This document shows, in pieces, positions 19,801 to 28,300 of a DNA stretch of 35,276 bases; position 1 is the first letter of the stretch; each line of letters opens with the position of its first letter. The stretch spans positions 1 to 35,276 of the forward strand of contig CAYFIF010000003.1 of assembly GCA_964343085.1 (NCBI GenBank), written 5' to 3'. The DNA is from an uncultured bacterium. Lineage in GTDB: Bacteria; Fidelibacterota; Marinisomatia; Marinisomatales; UBA1611. Both the position numbers and the translations under genes were made by a program. The notes beneath the pieces were generated by a model. It saw only the letters and a list, made by a program, of their open reading frames with translations. It was not told where the DNA came from and did no database searches.

Positions 19801-20481
19801 TCTGGAGATATTGCATTTTTAGATATTAAAAATGATTACCAAAACTCAGAGTTGTTAATAGATATTGATAATATTGATCCAATATTTGGAATGCAGTTTT
19901 TGCTAGAATATGACCCTAATATGGTTTCAATACGTTCTCCAATCCCATCCATAAACCAAGAAAATCTAGTTGTTATCAATCGAAACAAAAAAGAAGGTGA
20001 AATGCTTGTGGTCCTGATCGATATGAGTGGAGAAACAATTCAGAAAAAACACAATACTATTTTAAGAATTCCAATAGAATTTAATGGACATAAGGAAGAA
20101 AATAGTCAAGTAAAGATTGAGGATATCAAATTGGCTGGTTTTAAGGGAGAGTTGATTAATTTTGTTGCTAGAACAAATTCTTCTGATATAAAAATGATAC
20201 CTAATTCTTTTGGCCTTAAGCAAAATTATCCTAATCCGTTTAATCCAACTACAAAAATTAATTATGAAATTCCTCAATCAGCTTTTGTTGAACTAGTAGT
20301 ATTTAATTTAATTGGACAAAAGATTAAGGTTTTAAACAGTACTTTTCAGCAACCTGGTTATTATTCAATAAATTGGGATGGGAAAAATGATAACGGTGTC
20401 AGCGTTCCATCGGGTGTTTATTTTTATACAATATCATCAAAATCATTCCAAAAAACGAAGAAAATGCTTTATTTGAAATAA
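16861..20481 (+). CDS. Large secreted modular protein: FN3 repeats, carboxypeptidase-regulatory-like Ig domain, dockerin, cohesin-like domain, T9SS-type/FlgD-Ig C-terminal domain
   Basis: ATG at 16861 with GGAG at 16851-16854; signal peptide; dockerin GDADFDSDADIQD...DLNMDEEINIAD; C-terminal QNYPNPFNPTTKI...WDGKND.G..VPSGVYFY...KKMLYLK. Confidence 0.85.
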   Translation: MVKRFVYLLPTFFLICSELYSQEYCPAENLVAIPGDSQVILEWNEPGNPFNVAFTIEITTDTWPGETSASLIYLDTGEEIWSIAEGYFTAADVTETWEFELEHGEYIFTIYDSWGDGQYDPGGYTLTLDGEVLESSYGWEGTEESIEFSTQTRNYSIYNTTFTDPLPYPKGTFISQHLLDNWPTNDQILTHQGQLNDSRDVPEECGDFQYYSIQVDGQEIGQTEGTTFTHTSLVNGNSYCYTVVVEYEGTSSLPTSEICATPSPWTAEPPSNLLSFPGDEQMTLLWMPPGGGGGGDQGDNINNPFVVTGLPFNDTGSTVGFSDDYDEECPYTGSLSPDVVYLFNAEGGSYDFSICESGYDTKIYVYDIDLNVAADGAACNDDECSNAAGDPWRSLLENIYLDAGVYYVVVDGYGSQEGDYELLIDYSGRNIYSHDNTAKFVDQSVNDNVRTEYDFLGYNVFVDNEVINVDPITSATYTVAGLNNELSYLFGVTAVYEGPGGGDNYQSVMITTEDSPIYLFGDVGGTIVDPNGDPLDSVVVSSGSISDTTSTDGVFLLMGLLPGTQSIRAQKVGFYTETADVAIIAQADPIVQDFVLSPDMPRPVGLSTIAGDQMIHLSWLTPGSMDIYELSYDDGEYELSITGGSDQIELGVYFDPNVSGEILQGRFMFTDLFDGNPTFSTDPVEVRVYKMDQDGLPELVFIGEDLLEVSDVEVWLDYDFPEPIEIDETGFILSVRFTTGSGPGICRDENGYIYGHSFVNFGDNYWLETGDLGFPGNYMMRAVASLEGEPEEGRERHLTVLSGGNQNSYILEYDENASYFEYQEQYITILPTPYNSTSNREDVLTEYKVYQVDNNANTTLVATTTDTFTTVTVAENYIEYCYNVRAVWNTDSYGTLESRASNVSCAVPFTYGDADFDSDADIQDVLSVVDYILEEEIPTEDQFRNVDLNMDEEINIADVVMIVDILFGGNSRVTSNHNYQSGDIAFLDIKNDYQNSELLIDIDNIDPIFGMQFLLEYDPNMVSIRSPIPSINQENLVVINRNKKEGEMLVVLIDMSGETIQKKHNTILRIPIEFNGHKEENSQVKIEDIKLAGFKGELINFVARTNSSDIKMIPNSFGLKQNYPNPFNPTTKINYEIPQSAFVELVVFNLIGQKIKVLNSTFQQPGYYSINWDGKNDNGVSVPSGVYFYTISSKSFQKTKKMLYLK

Positions 20482-20505
20482 TAAATTATTTAGAACCGAT
20501 ATATT

Positions 20506-20543
20506 CAGCCCTTGCAGTGTTTTACTAGGGCTGTTTATTCTTT
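20506..20543 (+). terminator. Probable intrinsic terminator after the modular protein gene
   Basis: CAGCCCT (20506-20512) pairs with AGGGCTG (20527-20533), followed by TTTATTCTTT. Confidence 0.65.
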
Positions 20544-20558
20544 GGAACAAAAACTGCT
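20542..20558 (+). promoter_or_regulatory. Candidate sigma-54 (-24/-12) promoter for degP
   Basis: TTGGAACAAAAACTGCT: GG (20544-20545), 10 nt, GC (20556-20557); about 40 bp upstream of the ATG. Confidence 0.45.
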
Positions 20559-20599
20559 TTTGCCATTATAATTTTTCATAAATAAAAGAATAAAATGAA

Positions 20600-21979
20600 A
20601 TGAAAAAAATATTATTCATAAACTTCTTCACCGTTTTTCTTATTGGTCAAAACTCTGTTGTAAGACAATTTAGCGAGGCGTTTGCAGATGTTGCTGAAAA
20701 AGCTAAGCCTGCAGTAGTTACAATTATTACAAATAAGACTATAAATATGGATAGATTTGGCGGGAATGATATGTTTTTTTTCTTTTTCCCGGAGGGTGAT
20801 CGTAGACAAGAGTTTAAGACAAATGCTTTAGGATCAGGAGTAATTGTAAATCAAAAAAAAGGATACATTCTAACAAATAACCATGTTGTTGATGATGTAG
20901 ATGAGATTAGAGTAAAACTGATTGATAAACGTGAATTTGATGCAACTGTCATCGGTAAAGATCCCAAATCTGATTTAGCTGTTCTGCAAATAGAAGCAAA
21001 AAATCTTAAAGAAATTAAATTGGGCGATTCTGAAAAAATTAGAGTAGGCGAATGGGTAATGGCTGTAGGAAGTCCTTTTTCAGAAAACTTAAGTCATACT
21101 GTTACAACAGGGATTGTTTCAGCATTAGGAAGAAGTAATATTTTAGCTTCTCAGAGTTATGAAAACTTTATTCAGACTGATGCAGCGATAAATCCAGGTA
21201 ATAGTGGTGGTGCTTTGTTAAATATGAAAGGAGAATTGATAGGTATTAATACCGCAATAGCAACTGGTGGTTATGAAAGAGGGAATAGGGGTGTTGGATT
21301 TGCGATACCTTCTAAAATGGCATCTAGAATAATGTCTGATCTTATTGAGAAAGGTTATGTTTCTAGATCTTGGCTAGGTGTCTATATACAAGAACTTGAT
21401 GATAAAACGGCTAAAGCTCTTGATCTTGATATACGTGATGGGGCATTGATAACCGATGTTGTTTCAGGTAGTCCTGCAGAAAAAGCTGGGATACAGGAAG
21501 GTGATATTATAGTTTCATTCAATGGTGAATCAATTACTGATCCATCAAATCTTAAAAATGTTGTATCTCTTACTAAAACAGATCAAAAAAGCAAAGCAAA
21601 AATAATTAGGGATGGGAAGTACAAAACTATAGATGTCATACTTGAAAACTTGCCAGATAACCCTCAAAGTCTTGCAACAAGATTAGATGAAGGATTTGAT
21701 CAGTTTGGTTTCAAATTAAAAAAAATTACCAATCAGCTAAAGCAAAAATACGATGTTAATGCAGAAAATTCGTTAATTGTAGTAGGGATAGATAGAAATG
21801 GAGAGGCATACAAAAAAGGGATTCGGGAAGGTGATATTATCAAAAGAGTTGGTACAAAAAAGGTAACTTCGGTTTCAGAGTTTAATAATATGGTTGATTC
21901 ATTGAGTTCAAAAGGAGCCATACTTGTTTTGGTTAAAAAGAAGGATGGAGCTTCAAGATTTTATACTTTAGAACTGTAA
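20600..21979 (+). CDS. degP: DegP/Do-family periplasmic serine protease with two PDZ domains
   Basis: TNNHVV, SDLAVL and QTDAAINPGNSGG catalytic triad motifs; two PDZ-like domains. Confidence 0.93.
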   Translation: MKKILFINFFTVFLIGQNSVVRQFSEAFADVAEKAKPAVVTIITNKTINMDRFGGNDMFFFFFPEGDRRQEFKTNALGSGVIVNQKKGYILTNNHVVDDVDEIRVKLIDKREFDATVIGKDPKSDLAVLQIEAKNLKEIKLGDSEKIRVGEWVMAVGSPFSENLSHTVTTGIVSALGRSNILASQSYENFIQTDAAINPGNSGGALLNMKGELIGINTAIATGGYERGNRGVGFAIPSKMASRIMSDLIEKGYVSRSWLGVYIQELDDKTAKALDLDIRDGALITDVVSGSPAEKAGIQEGDIIVSFNGESITDPSNLKNVVSLTKTDQKSKAKIIRDGKYKTIDVILENLPDNPQSLATRLDEGFDQFGFKLKKITNQLKQKYDVNAENSLIVVGIDRNGEAYKKGIREGDIIKRVGTKKVTSVSEFNNMVDSLSSKGAILVLVKKKDGASRFYTLEL

Positions 21980-21998
21980 TATTTAACCAACTATTTAT

Positions 21999-22025
21999 AG
22001 CGCCCCTAGCTGGGGCGTTTTTTTT
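21999..22025 (+). terminator. Intrinsic terminator after degP
   Basis: AGCGCCCC-TAGCT-GGGGCGTT followed by a T run. Confidence 0.9.
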
Positions 22026-22091
22026 ACCCTCTTACAAACAGTCTATAAATTGAATAATTTCATGTTCCATTTATTGATATAAAAATTGAAA

Positions 22092-25000
22092 ATGAAAATA
22101 AATAAAGTAAAAAATAAAGTTGATTTTATTAGTCAGGAGCATGAGATACTTAAATTTTGGGAAGAAAATCAAATTTTTCACAAAAGAAGAAAACTCAATT
22201 CTGGTAAAATACCTTGGAGCTTCATTGATGGTCCAATTACGGCAAATAACCCCATGGGGGTTCATCATGCATGGGGTCGTAGTCTAAAAGATATTTATAA
22301 TAGATATAGATCAATGTGTGGTTTTGATCTTCGATATCAGAATGGCTTTGATTGTCAAGGGCTTTGGGTAGAGGTTGAGGTAGAAAAAGAATTAGGTTTT
22401 TCTTCAAAATATGATATAATTGAATTTGGGATAGAAAAATTTGTTAATCTTTGTAAGGAAAGGGTTATTAAATACTCTAAAGTGCAGACCGCACAGTCGA
22501 AACGACTTGGATATTGGATGGATTGGGAAAACTCCTATTATACGATGTCTGAGGAGAATAACTACGCAATTTGGGGGTTTTTAAAAAAACTATGGCAAGA
22601 AAATAAAATATATAGGGGAAATGATGTTGTTCCATGGAGTGGTAGATCTGGTACATCCTATTCACAAATGGAAATTATAGAGGGTAGAAAACTCGTTTCC
22701 CATAGAGCTGTTTTTGTTCGATTTCCTATTAAAGGTAGAAATAAAGAGTTTTTATTGATTTGGACTACAACTCCATGGACACTCACCTCTAATGTGGTTG
22801 TTGGAGTAAACATTAATCTTGATTATGTGAAAATACGTTCAAAAGATGGATCAATATATTATTTTGCTAATGATAATCTAGAATTTCAACGTTTGGAAAA
22901 ACAATTTTCTGATAAAAAACAGTGGATAGATGGTATACCGAAATTAAAAACTATAGCACAAATTTTTAAAGAGAGAGGTGGGTACGAAATAATTGATATC
23001 TTTAAGGGTTCAAAGATGGTTGGTTGGGAATATGAAGGGCCTTTTGATCATTTTTCAGCTCCAAATACTAAGGGAGGCTATCCTGAAAATATCAACCAAA
23101 ACTCTTCCGGTACTTTTTCAGGAGTAATGCAGCACCAGGTTATTGATCCAGGAAAAGATAGTATCGGAGCTGATATTGTTATTGCTGGGGAAGGAACTGG
23201 GATTGTACATATGGCTCCAGGATGTGGTGATATTGATCATCGAATTGGAAAGAAATTAGGTCTGGTAAATATCGCTCCATTAGATGATCAAGCTTTTTTT
23301 ATAGATGGCTTTGACTGGCTCACTGGTCTTAATGCAACGGATAAAGATACAATAAATAGAATAATTGAAGATCTTAAAAATCGTGGTTTTTTATTTTATG
23401 CAGAGGAATATCCTCATGTATATCCACATTGTTGGCGTTCAGGTGATGAATTAGTTTTTCGTCTAGTTGACGAATGGTACATTAATATGGATTGGCGAGA
23501 AAAAATCAAAAATATTGTAGATGAAATTAATTGGATACCTGAATGGGGAAGAGATAGAGAGCATGAGTGGTTGGATAATATGGGTGATTGGATGATATCA
23601 AAAAAAAGATTTTGGGGTTTAGCTCTGCCTATATGGACTTTTGAAGATGGATCTTTTTACGTTGTGGGTTCAAAGGAAGAATTAAAAGAGGTTGCGGTAG
23701 AAGGATGGGATGAATTTGAGGGAAAAACTCCTCATAGGCCATGGATAGACAAAGTAAAAATTAAACATCCAGAAACAAATTTGATTGGGACGAGAGTCAA
23801 AGATGTTGGTAATCCTTGGTTAGATGCTGGTATTGTTCCTTTTTCAACTCTAAAGTATTATGAAGATAAAGAATATTGGTCAAAATGGTTTCCCGGTGAT
23901 TTTGTTACAGAGTGTTTTCCTGGACAATTTAGAAATTGGTTTTATTCTTTGCTGGCCATGAGTGCAGAACTTGAAGGTGTTGCGCCATTTAAAACCTTGC
24001 TTGGGCACTCGCTCGTAAAAGATGAGAGTGGCAAAGAAATGCATAAATCTACTGGTAATGCTATTTGGTTTGATGAAGCAGCTGAAAAAATGGGTGTTGA
24101 TGTCATGAGATGGATGTATGCTAGCCAAAATGTAGAGCACCATCTCTTATTTGGTTATGGTGCAGCAGATGAAGTAAGAAAAAAAATAATAACTCTATGG
24201 AATGTTTATAGCTTTTATGCTACATATGCGAGTCTCGATAAATTTTCGCCAGAAAACTATACTCTAGAATCTAAAAATATGACAATCCTAGATAAATGGA
24301 TTTTGGCAAAGACTAATAAACTCATCGGGTTCGCTAAAGATTGTTATGACAACTATAAGGTATCTGAGCTTATGAAATTCTTTGAATTATATTTGGATGA
24401 TTTATCCAACTGGTATATTAGAAGAAATAGAAGGAGATTTTGGAAATCTGATAATGACAAAGATAAAAATACTGCATATATGACTCTTTTTGTTGTACTA
24501 TCTGATGTGATAAAAATTTTATCACCAGTTATACCCTTTGTTACAGAAAAAATATACCAAAATTTGGTTAGAAATTCAGTTAAAGATGCTCCTGAGAGTG
24601 TTCATCACTGCGATTTTCCAGTTTCGAATAACCAATGGACTGAGGATGATTTAATTATGAAGGTCGATTCTATGAAAAATGTAATTGAATTAGGCCGTTC
24701 TGCTAGAAATGAATCAGGAATAAAAGTTAGACAGCCTTTATCCACTCTATATTACGCATTAGAAGATGATAAAATAGCAAGTTTTATTGATCAATATGAT
24801 AATATAATAAAAGATGAATTGAATGTTAAATCAGTAATCAGAATGAACGATGGTGATGGGCTAATATCCTATAGAATAAAACCTAATCTAAAAACTCTTG
24901 GACCAAAATATGGAAAAGGATTAGCGGAAATACGAAATTTATTAGACTCAAATTCAGCATTTGAATTGGTTAAAGAAATTCAGTTAAAAGATAATATTAA

Positions 25001-25388
25001 ATTAAAAAATGGAGAATATGTTTTATCTAGAGAAGATGTGTTTATTGAGACCATTGCTAATAATGATTCCATTGCGGTAAGTGGTCATGGTATAACTGTG
25101 AGTTTGTTTTTAGAATTATCAGAGGAGCTAATTGATGAAGGAAGAGTACGAGAGCTAGTTAGAATTATACAAAATCTACGGAAAGACGCTGGTTTTGCCG
25201 TTGATGATAGGATAATTATTTCTTGGAATTTAGATGGGAGAATAAAAACAGCATTTAGTAAATTTAGGGGATATTTTTTCGAAGAGACCCTTACTTTGGA
25301 TATTTTAGAAGAATTAAAAGAAATTGAATATGAGGGGTCATTCAAAATTGAGGGGAAAGAATTTTTAGCGAAAATAAAGCGAAAATAA
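22092..25388 (+). CDS. ileS: Isoleucyl-tRNA synthetase, type 2
   Basis: DGPITAN.PMGVHH, GFDCQGL, editing motifs WTTTPWTL and GTGIVHMAP, DWMISKKRFWG, EMHKS, SNWYIRRNRRRFW; type-2 C-terminus. ATG at 22092 preferred over TTG at 22086. Confidence 0.96.
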   Translation: MKINKVKNKVDFISQEHEILKFWEENQIFHKRRKLNSGKIPWSFIDGPITANNPMGVHHAWGRSLKDIYNRYRSMCGFDLRYQNGFDCQGLWVEVEVEKELGFSSKYDIIEFGIEKFVNLCKERVIKYSKVQTAQSKRLGYWMDWENSYYTMSEENNYAIWGFLKKLWQENKIYRGNDVVPWSGRSGTSYSQMEIIEGRKLVSHRAVFVRFPIKGRNKEFLLIWTTTPWTLTSNVVVGVNINLDYVKIRSKDGSIYYFANDNLEFQRLEKQFSDKKQWIDGIPKLKTIAQIFKERGGYEIIDIFKGSKMVGWEYEGPFDHFSAPNTKGGYPENINQNSSGTFSGVMQHQVIDPGKDSIGADIVIAGEGTGIVHMAPGCGDIDHRIGKKLGLVNIAPLDDQAFFIDGFDWLTGLNATDKDTINRIIEDLKNRGFLFYAEEYPHVYPHCWRSGDELVFRLVDEWYINMDWREKIKNIVDEINWIPEWGRDREHEWLDNMGDWMISKKRFWGLALPIWTFEDGSFYVVGSKEELKEVAVEGWDEFEGKTPHRPWIDKVKIKHPETNLIGTRVKDVGNPWLDAGIVPFSTLKYYEDKEYWSKWFPGDFVTECFPGQFRNWFYSLLAMSAELEGVAPFKTLLGHSLVKDESGKEMHKSTGNAIWFDEAAEKMGVDVMRWMYASQNVEHHLLFGYGAADEVRKKIITLWNVYSFYATYASLDKFSPENYTLESKNMTILDKWILAKTNKLIGFAKDCYDNYKVSELMKFFELYLDDLSNWYIRRNRRRFWKSDNDKDKNTAYMTLFVVLSDVIKILSPVIPFVTEKIYQNLVRNSVKDAPESVHHCDFPVSNNQWTEDDLIMKVDSMKNVIELGRSARNESGIKVRQPLSTLYYALEDDKIASFIDQYDNIIKDELNVKSVIRMNDGDGLISYRIKPNLKTLGPKYGKGLAEIRNLLDSNSAFELVKEIQLKDNIKLKNGEYVLSREDVFIETIANNDSIAVSGHGITVSLFLELSEELIDEGRVRELVRIIQNLRKDAGFAVDDRIIISWNLDGRIKTAFSKFRGYFFEETLTLDILEELKEIEYEGSFKIEGKEFLAKIKRK

Positions 25389-25399
25389 GAAGGTGTGAA

Positions 25400-25795
25400 A
25401 TGGCAAACAAAAAGTATTCAAAAACAAAATTAAAAATGTTTAAAAAAAATATTGAATCTAAGTTGATGAAAGTAGCTGAAGATTTAGGAGATATTAAACG
25501 AACCTTAGATAATAATAATTCAAATGCTGGTTTATCTCAAGATTCTGTTTATAGTGTTCACATGGCAGATGCTGGAACTGATTCATTCGAAAGAGAAAAA
25601 GGTTTTCATTTTATGAATAGAGAATCTGAATATTATAAACACCTGTATAATGCATTAGAAAGAATTGAAGATGGTTCTTTTGGTATATGTAAGTTTTGTG
25701 GTGATTTGATTCTAGAAGAACGTATGTTGGAAGTTCCTAATGCGACTAAATGTGTTGGGTGCAAAGAAAAAGAAAAACTCAATATAAATCATTAA
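25400..25795 (+). CDS. dksA: DksA/TraR C4 zinc-finger protein
   Basis: HMADAGTD coiled-coil tip; CKFC...CVGC zinc finger. Confidence 0.85.
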   Translation: MANKKYSKTKLKMFKKNIESKLMKVAEDLGDIKRTLDNNNSNAGLSQDSVYSVHMADAGTDSFEREKGFHFMNRESEYYKHLYNALERIEDGSFGICKFCGDLILEERMLEVPNATKCVGCKEKEKLNINH

Positions 25796-25798
25796 GTT

Positions 25799-26272
25799 TT
25801 GTCTGTTCTTTGGATTACCCTGGTGGTTTTTGTTTTTGACCAGCTTACAAAGTGGATTGTTAAATCTAATTTTGAACTTTACCAGACAAAGCCAATAATT
25901 AATAATTTTTTCCATATTACCTTTGTAAAAAATCATGGAATGGCATTCGGTTTATCAATGCCAGGTGGAAAGACTGTTCTACTATTCTTATCTATAATTT
26001 TAACCCTATTTATTTGCTGGTATCTATGGAGAGAGCGTTATAGCCATTTAATAATTAGGACTAGTCTGGCATTAATTCTAGCTGGAGCACTTGGCAATAT
26101 TATTGATAGAGCACTCTATGGAAGTGTAGTAGATTTTTTGGATTTTATGGTTGGTGATTTTCACTGGTATATTTTCAATATTGCTGATTCGTCTGTTACA
26201 TCTGGTATGATTTTATTTATGTACTACTCTTTCTTTATTGAGCCATCTTTAAAAAGTAGAATTGATAATTAA
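25799..26272 (+). CDS. lspA: Lipoprotein signal peptidase II
   Basis: DQLTK, NHGMAFG, GALGNIIDR, VVDF and FNIADS motifs; TTG start. Confidence 0.96.
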   Translation: MSVLWITLVVFVFDQLTKWIVKSNFELYQTKPIINNFFHITFVKNHGMAFGLSMPGGKTVLLFLSIILTLFICWYLWRERYSHLIIRTSLALILAGALGNIIDRALYGSVVDFLDFMVGDFHWYIFNIADSSVTSGMILFMYYSFFIEPSLKSRIDN

Positions 26273-26307
26273 AATTTTAATCAAAATAGCATAGACAAAA
26301 TATAATT

Positions 26308-27285
26308 TTGATAGAACTATTAGCTAAGGTGAATAAATTCACTTATTTTAGACTTGATAACTACATTCATGATTCTATTAAAGACTATTCTAGGACTCAA
26401 ATTCAATCCTGGATAAAATCTGGTTTAGTGTGTGTAAATAATTCAAAAGAAAAATCAAGCTATATAGTACAAGATAATGACAAGATCATAGTCAAAATTC
26501 CAAAACAAAGACATAATTTTGAAAATATCGAGCCTATAAAAATGGATTTAGATATTCTTTATGAAGATGATTTAATTGCGATAATTAATAAACCTGTAGG
26601 GCTTGTAGTTCATCCTGGGAATGGTAATTTTTCTAACACATTAGTTAATGGTTTAGTTCATCATTTTAAATTTTTATCAGATATTAACGGTAATATTAGA
26701 CCGGGTATAGTTCATAGGCTTGATGCTGATACATCCGGTATAATGCTAGTGGCAAAAAATAATATAGCACATAAAAATTTAAGCTTTCAGTTTCAAAACA
26801 GAAAAGTTTCTAAGGAATATATTGCTATTACCTGGGGAAATTGGGAGAAAAACATAGGTATTATAAATGAACCTATTAAAAGAAATAAAAAAGACCCTAC
26901 TAAATTTTCTGTAAATGAGTCAGGAAAAAAGTCCATCACTAGATTCATAGTAAAAAAACAATTTCGACATTTATCTTTAATTAAGTTTTTCCCCGAGACT
27001 GGTCGGACGCATCAAATCAGAGTTCATTCTTCTTGGAAAGGAAATCCAATTTTTGGAGATAAAAAATACGGAGGTGCAGAAACCAAAACTCGTGGATTTT
27101 TACCAGAGATAAATAAAGTCTACGATAAATTGTTGAAAAATTTTAGGGGTCACGCATTGCATGCGAAATCGATCCAATTTAATCATCCAAAAACAAATAA
27201 AATTGTATCATTCGATTCACCATTATCCTTACAATTTGAAAATTTAGTAAATTCAATACAGAAGTATTATGAGCAAAGCCACTAA
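26308..27285 (+). CDS. rluD: RluA/RluD-family pseudouridine synthase
   Basis: S4-like N-terminus, NKPVGLVVHP, HRLDADTSG and TGRTHQIRVH motifs. Confidence 0.92.
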   Translation: MIELLAKVNKFTYFRLDNYIHDSIKDYSRTQIQSWIKSGLVCVNNSKEKSSYIVQDNDKIIVKIPKQRHNFENIEPIKMDLDILYEDDLIAIINKPVGLVVHPGNGNFSNTLVNGLVHHFKFLSDINGNIRPGIVHRLDADTSGIMLVAKNNIAHKNLSFQFQNRKVSKEYIAITWGNWEKNIGIINEPIKRNKKDPTKFSVNESGKKSITRFIVKKQFRHLSLIKFFPETGRTHQIRVHSSWKGNPIFGDKKYGGAETKTRGFLPEINKVYDKLLKNFRGHALHAKSIQFNHPKTNKIVSFDSPLSLQFENLVNSIQKYYEQSH

Positions 27286-28288
27286 AAAGATCATTGGCAA
27301 TTTTACTGATTTTTTAAAAAAAGAGAAGGGCTATTCTCAACATACATTTATTGCATATAAAAGTGATCTAGAGAATTTTTTTATATTTTGCGAAGAATAC
27401 TTTGGCAGTCGTGACATTGATTTAAAAAAAATTAACAGGCAAATAGTTAGGGAATATTTAAGTTTCCAACTTGAATTAGGAAATTCTGTAAAGACAAGAT
27501 ATCGAAAGCTTGCAACTATAAAGTCATTTTTCAAATATATGATAAGAGAAAAAATGATAATTGATAGTCCAGCTGAATATATACCAATGCCAAAAATAGA
27601 GAAAAAAATACCTAGATTTATACAACAGGGAGATAATATCAATCAGTTGATGTCAAAGCCTGAAGAATTTGAGCAGAAAAAAAACTTTCAGGCTGAGAAA
27701 AAGAATAAAAAAAGAATAAGAACTGAAATTAGAGAGCAGCGAATACTTAGAGACCGTGCGATGTTAGAACTATTTTATGCAAGTGGAATTCGAAGGAGTG
27801 AGTTGGTTTCGTTAAATATTGGTTCTATAGATCTGCAAAATAGATTACTAAAAGTACTAGGTAAAGGGAAAAAAGAAAGGATTGTTCCATTTAATCGTTT
27901 TGCTGAAGTTGCAATGAAAAATTATGTGAAACATAGAGGCATTGTGTGGAATAAAGATTTAAATGCTCCATTATTTACTGGACCTAACCAGAAAAGAATT
28001 TCAATCCGAACCGTTAGTCGAAGAATAGGAGAATATGTTAAAGATCTGAGTGTAAATAATTTTGATAAAGTGAATTTTAATAACCAAAATGAACCTAAGT
28101 TAGGAGAAGGTGGTCCGCATACATTAAGACATACTTTTGGATCACATCTTATTGATAACGAGGCTGACATTAGAGCTATACAAGAGTTGCTTGGACATAG
28201 TAGTATATCTTCTACACAGATTTATACTAATACCAGTGCAAAAAAGATAAAAAAAGTATATAAAAAATCGCACCCAAGAGGTCAATAA
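27269..28288 (+). CDS. xerC: Tyrosine recombinase, XerC-like
   Basis: YASGIRRSEL, GKGKKER, HTLRH, LLGH and TQIY give the full catalytic set; housekeeping context. Confidence 0.85.
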   Translation: MSKATKKIIGNFTDFLKKEKGYSQHTFIAYKSDLENFFIFCEEYFGSRDIDLKKINRQIVREYLSFQLELGNSVKTRYRKLATIKSFFKYMIREKMIIDSPAEYIPMPKIEKKIPRFIQQGDNINQLMSKPEEFEQKKNFQAEKKNKKRIRTEIREQRILRDRAMLELFYASGIRRSELVSLNIGSIDLQNRLLKVLGKGKKERIVPFNRFAEVAMKNYVKHRGIVWNKDLNAPLFTGPNQKRISIRTVSRRIGEYVKDLSVNNFDKVNFNNQNEPKLGEGGPHTLRHTFGSHLIDNEADIRAIQELLGHSSISSTQIYTNTSAKKIKKVYKKSHPRGQ

Positions 28289-28300
28289 TATTATTTAGTT

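Noticed and set aside
20773-20790. Poly-T tract in degP as a phase-variation site
   Set aside because: Encodes the Phe-rich linker typical of DegP; such runs are common at this AT content and the frame is intact.
22026-22091. T-box leader upstream of ileS
   Set aside because: The spacer is only about 65 bp and has no T-box consensus.
25790-25801. dksA and lspA in the same frame separated by a single TAA (possible readthrough fusion)
   Set aside because: Both proteins look complete; a TTG start 3 nt after the stop fits translational coupling, and there is no recoding signal.
27269-28288. Tyrosine recombinase as a prophage or integron integrase
   Set aside because: XerC-like motifs, overlaps rluD in a housekeeping operon; no att sites, cassettes or phage genes nearby.
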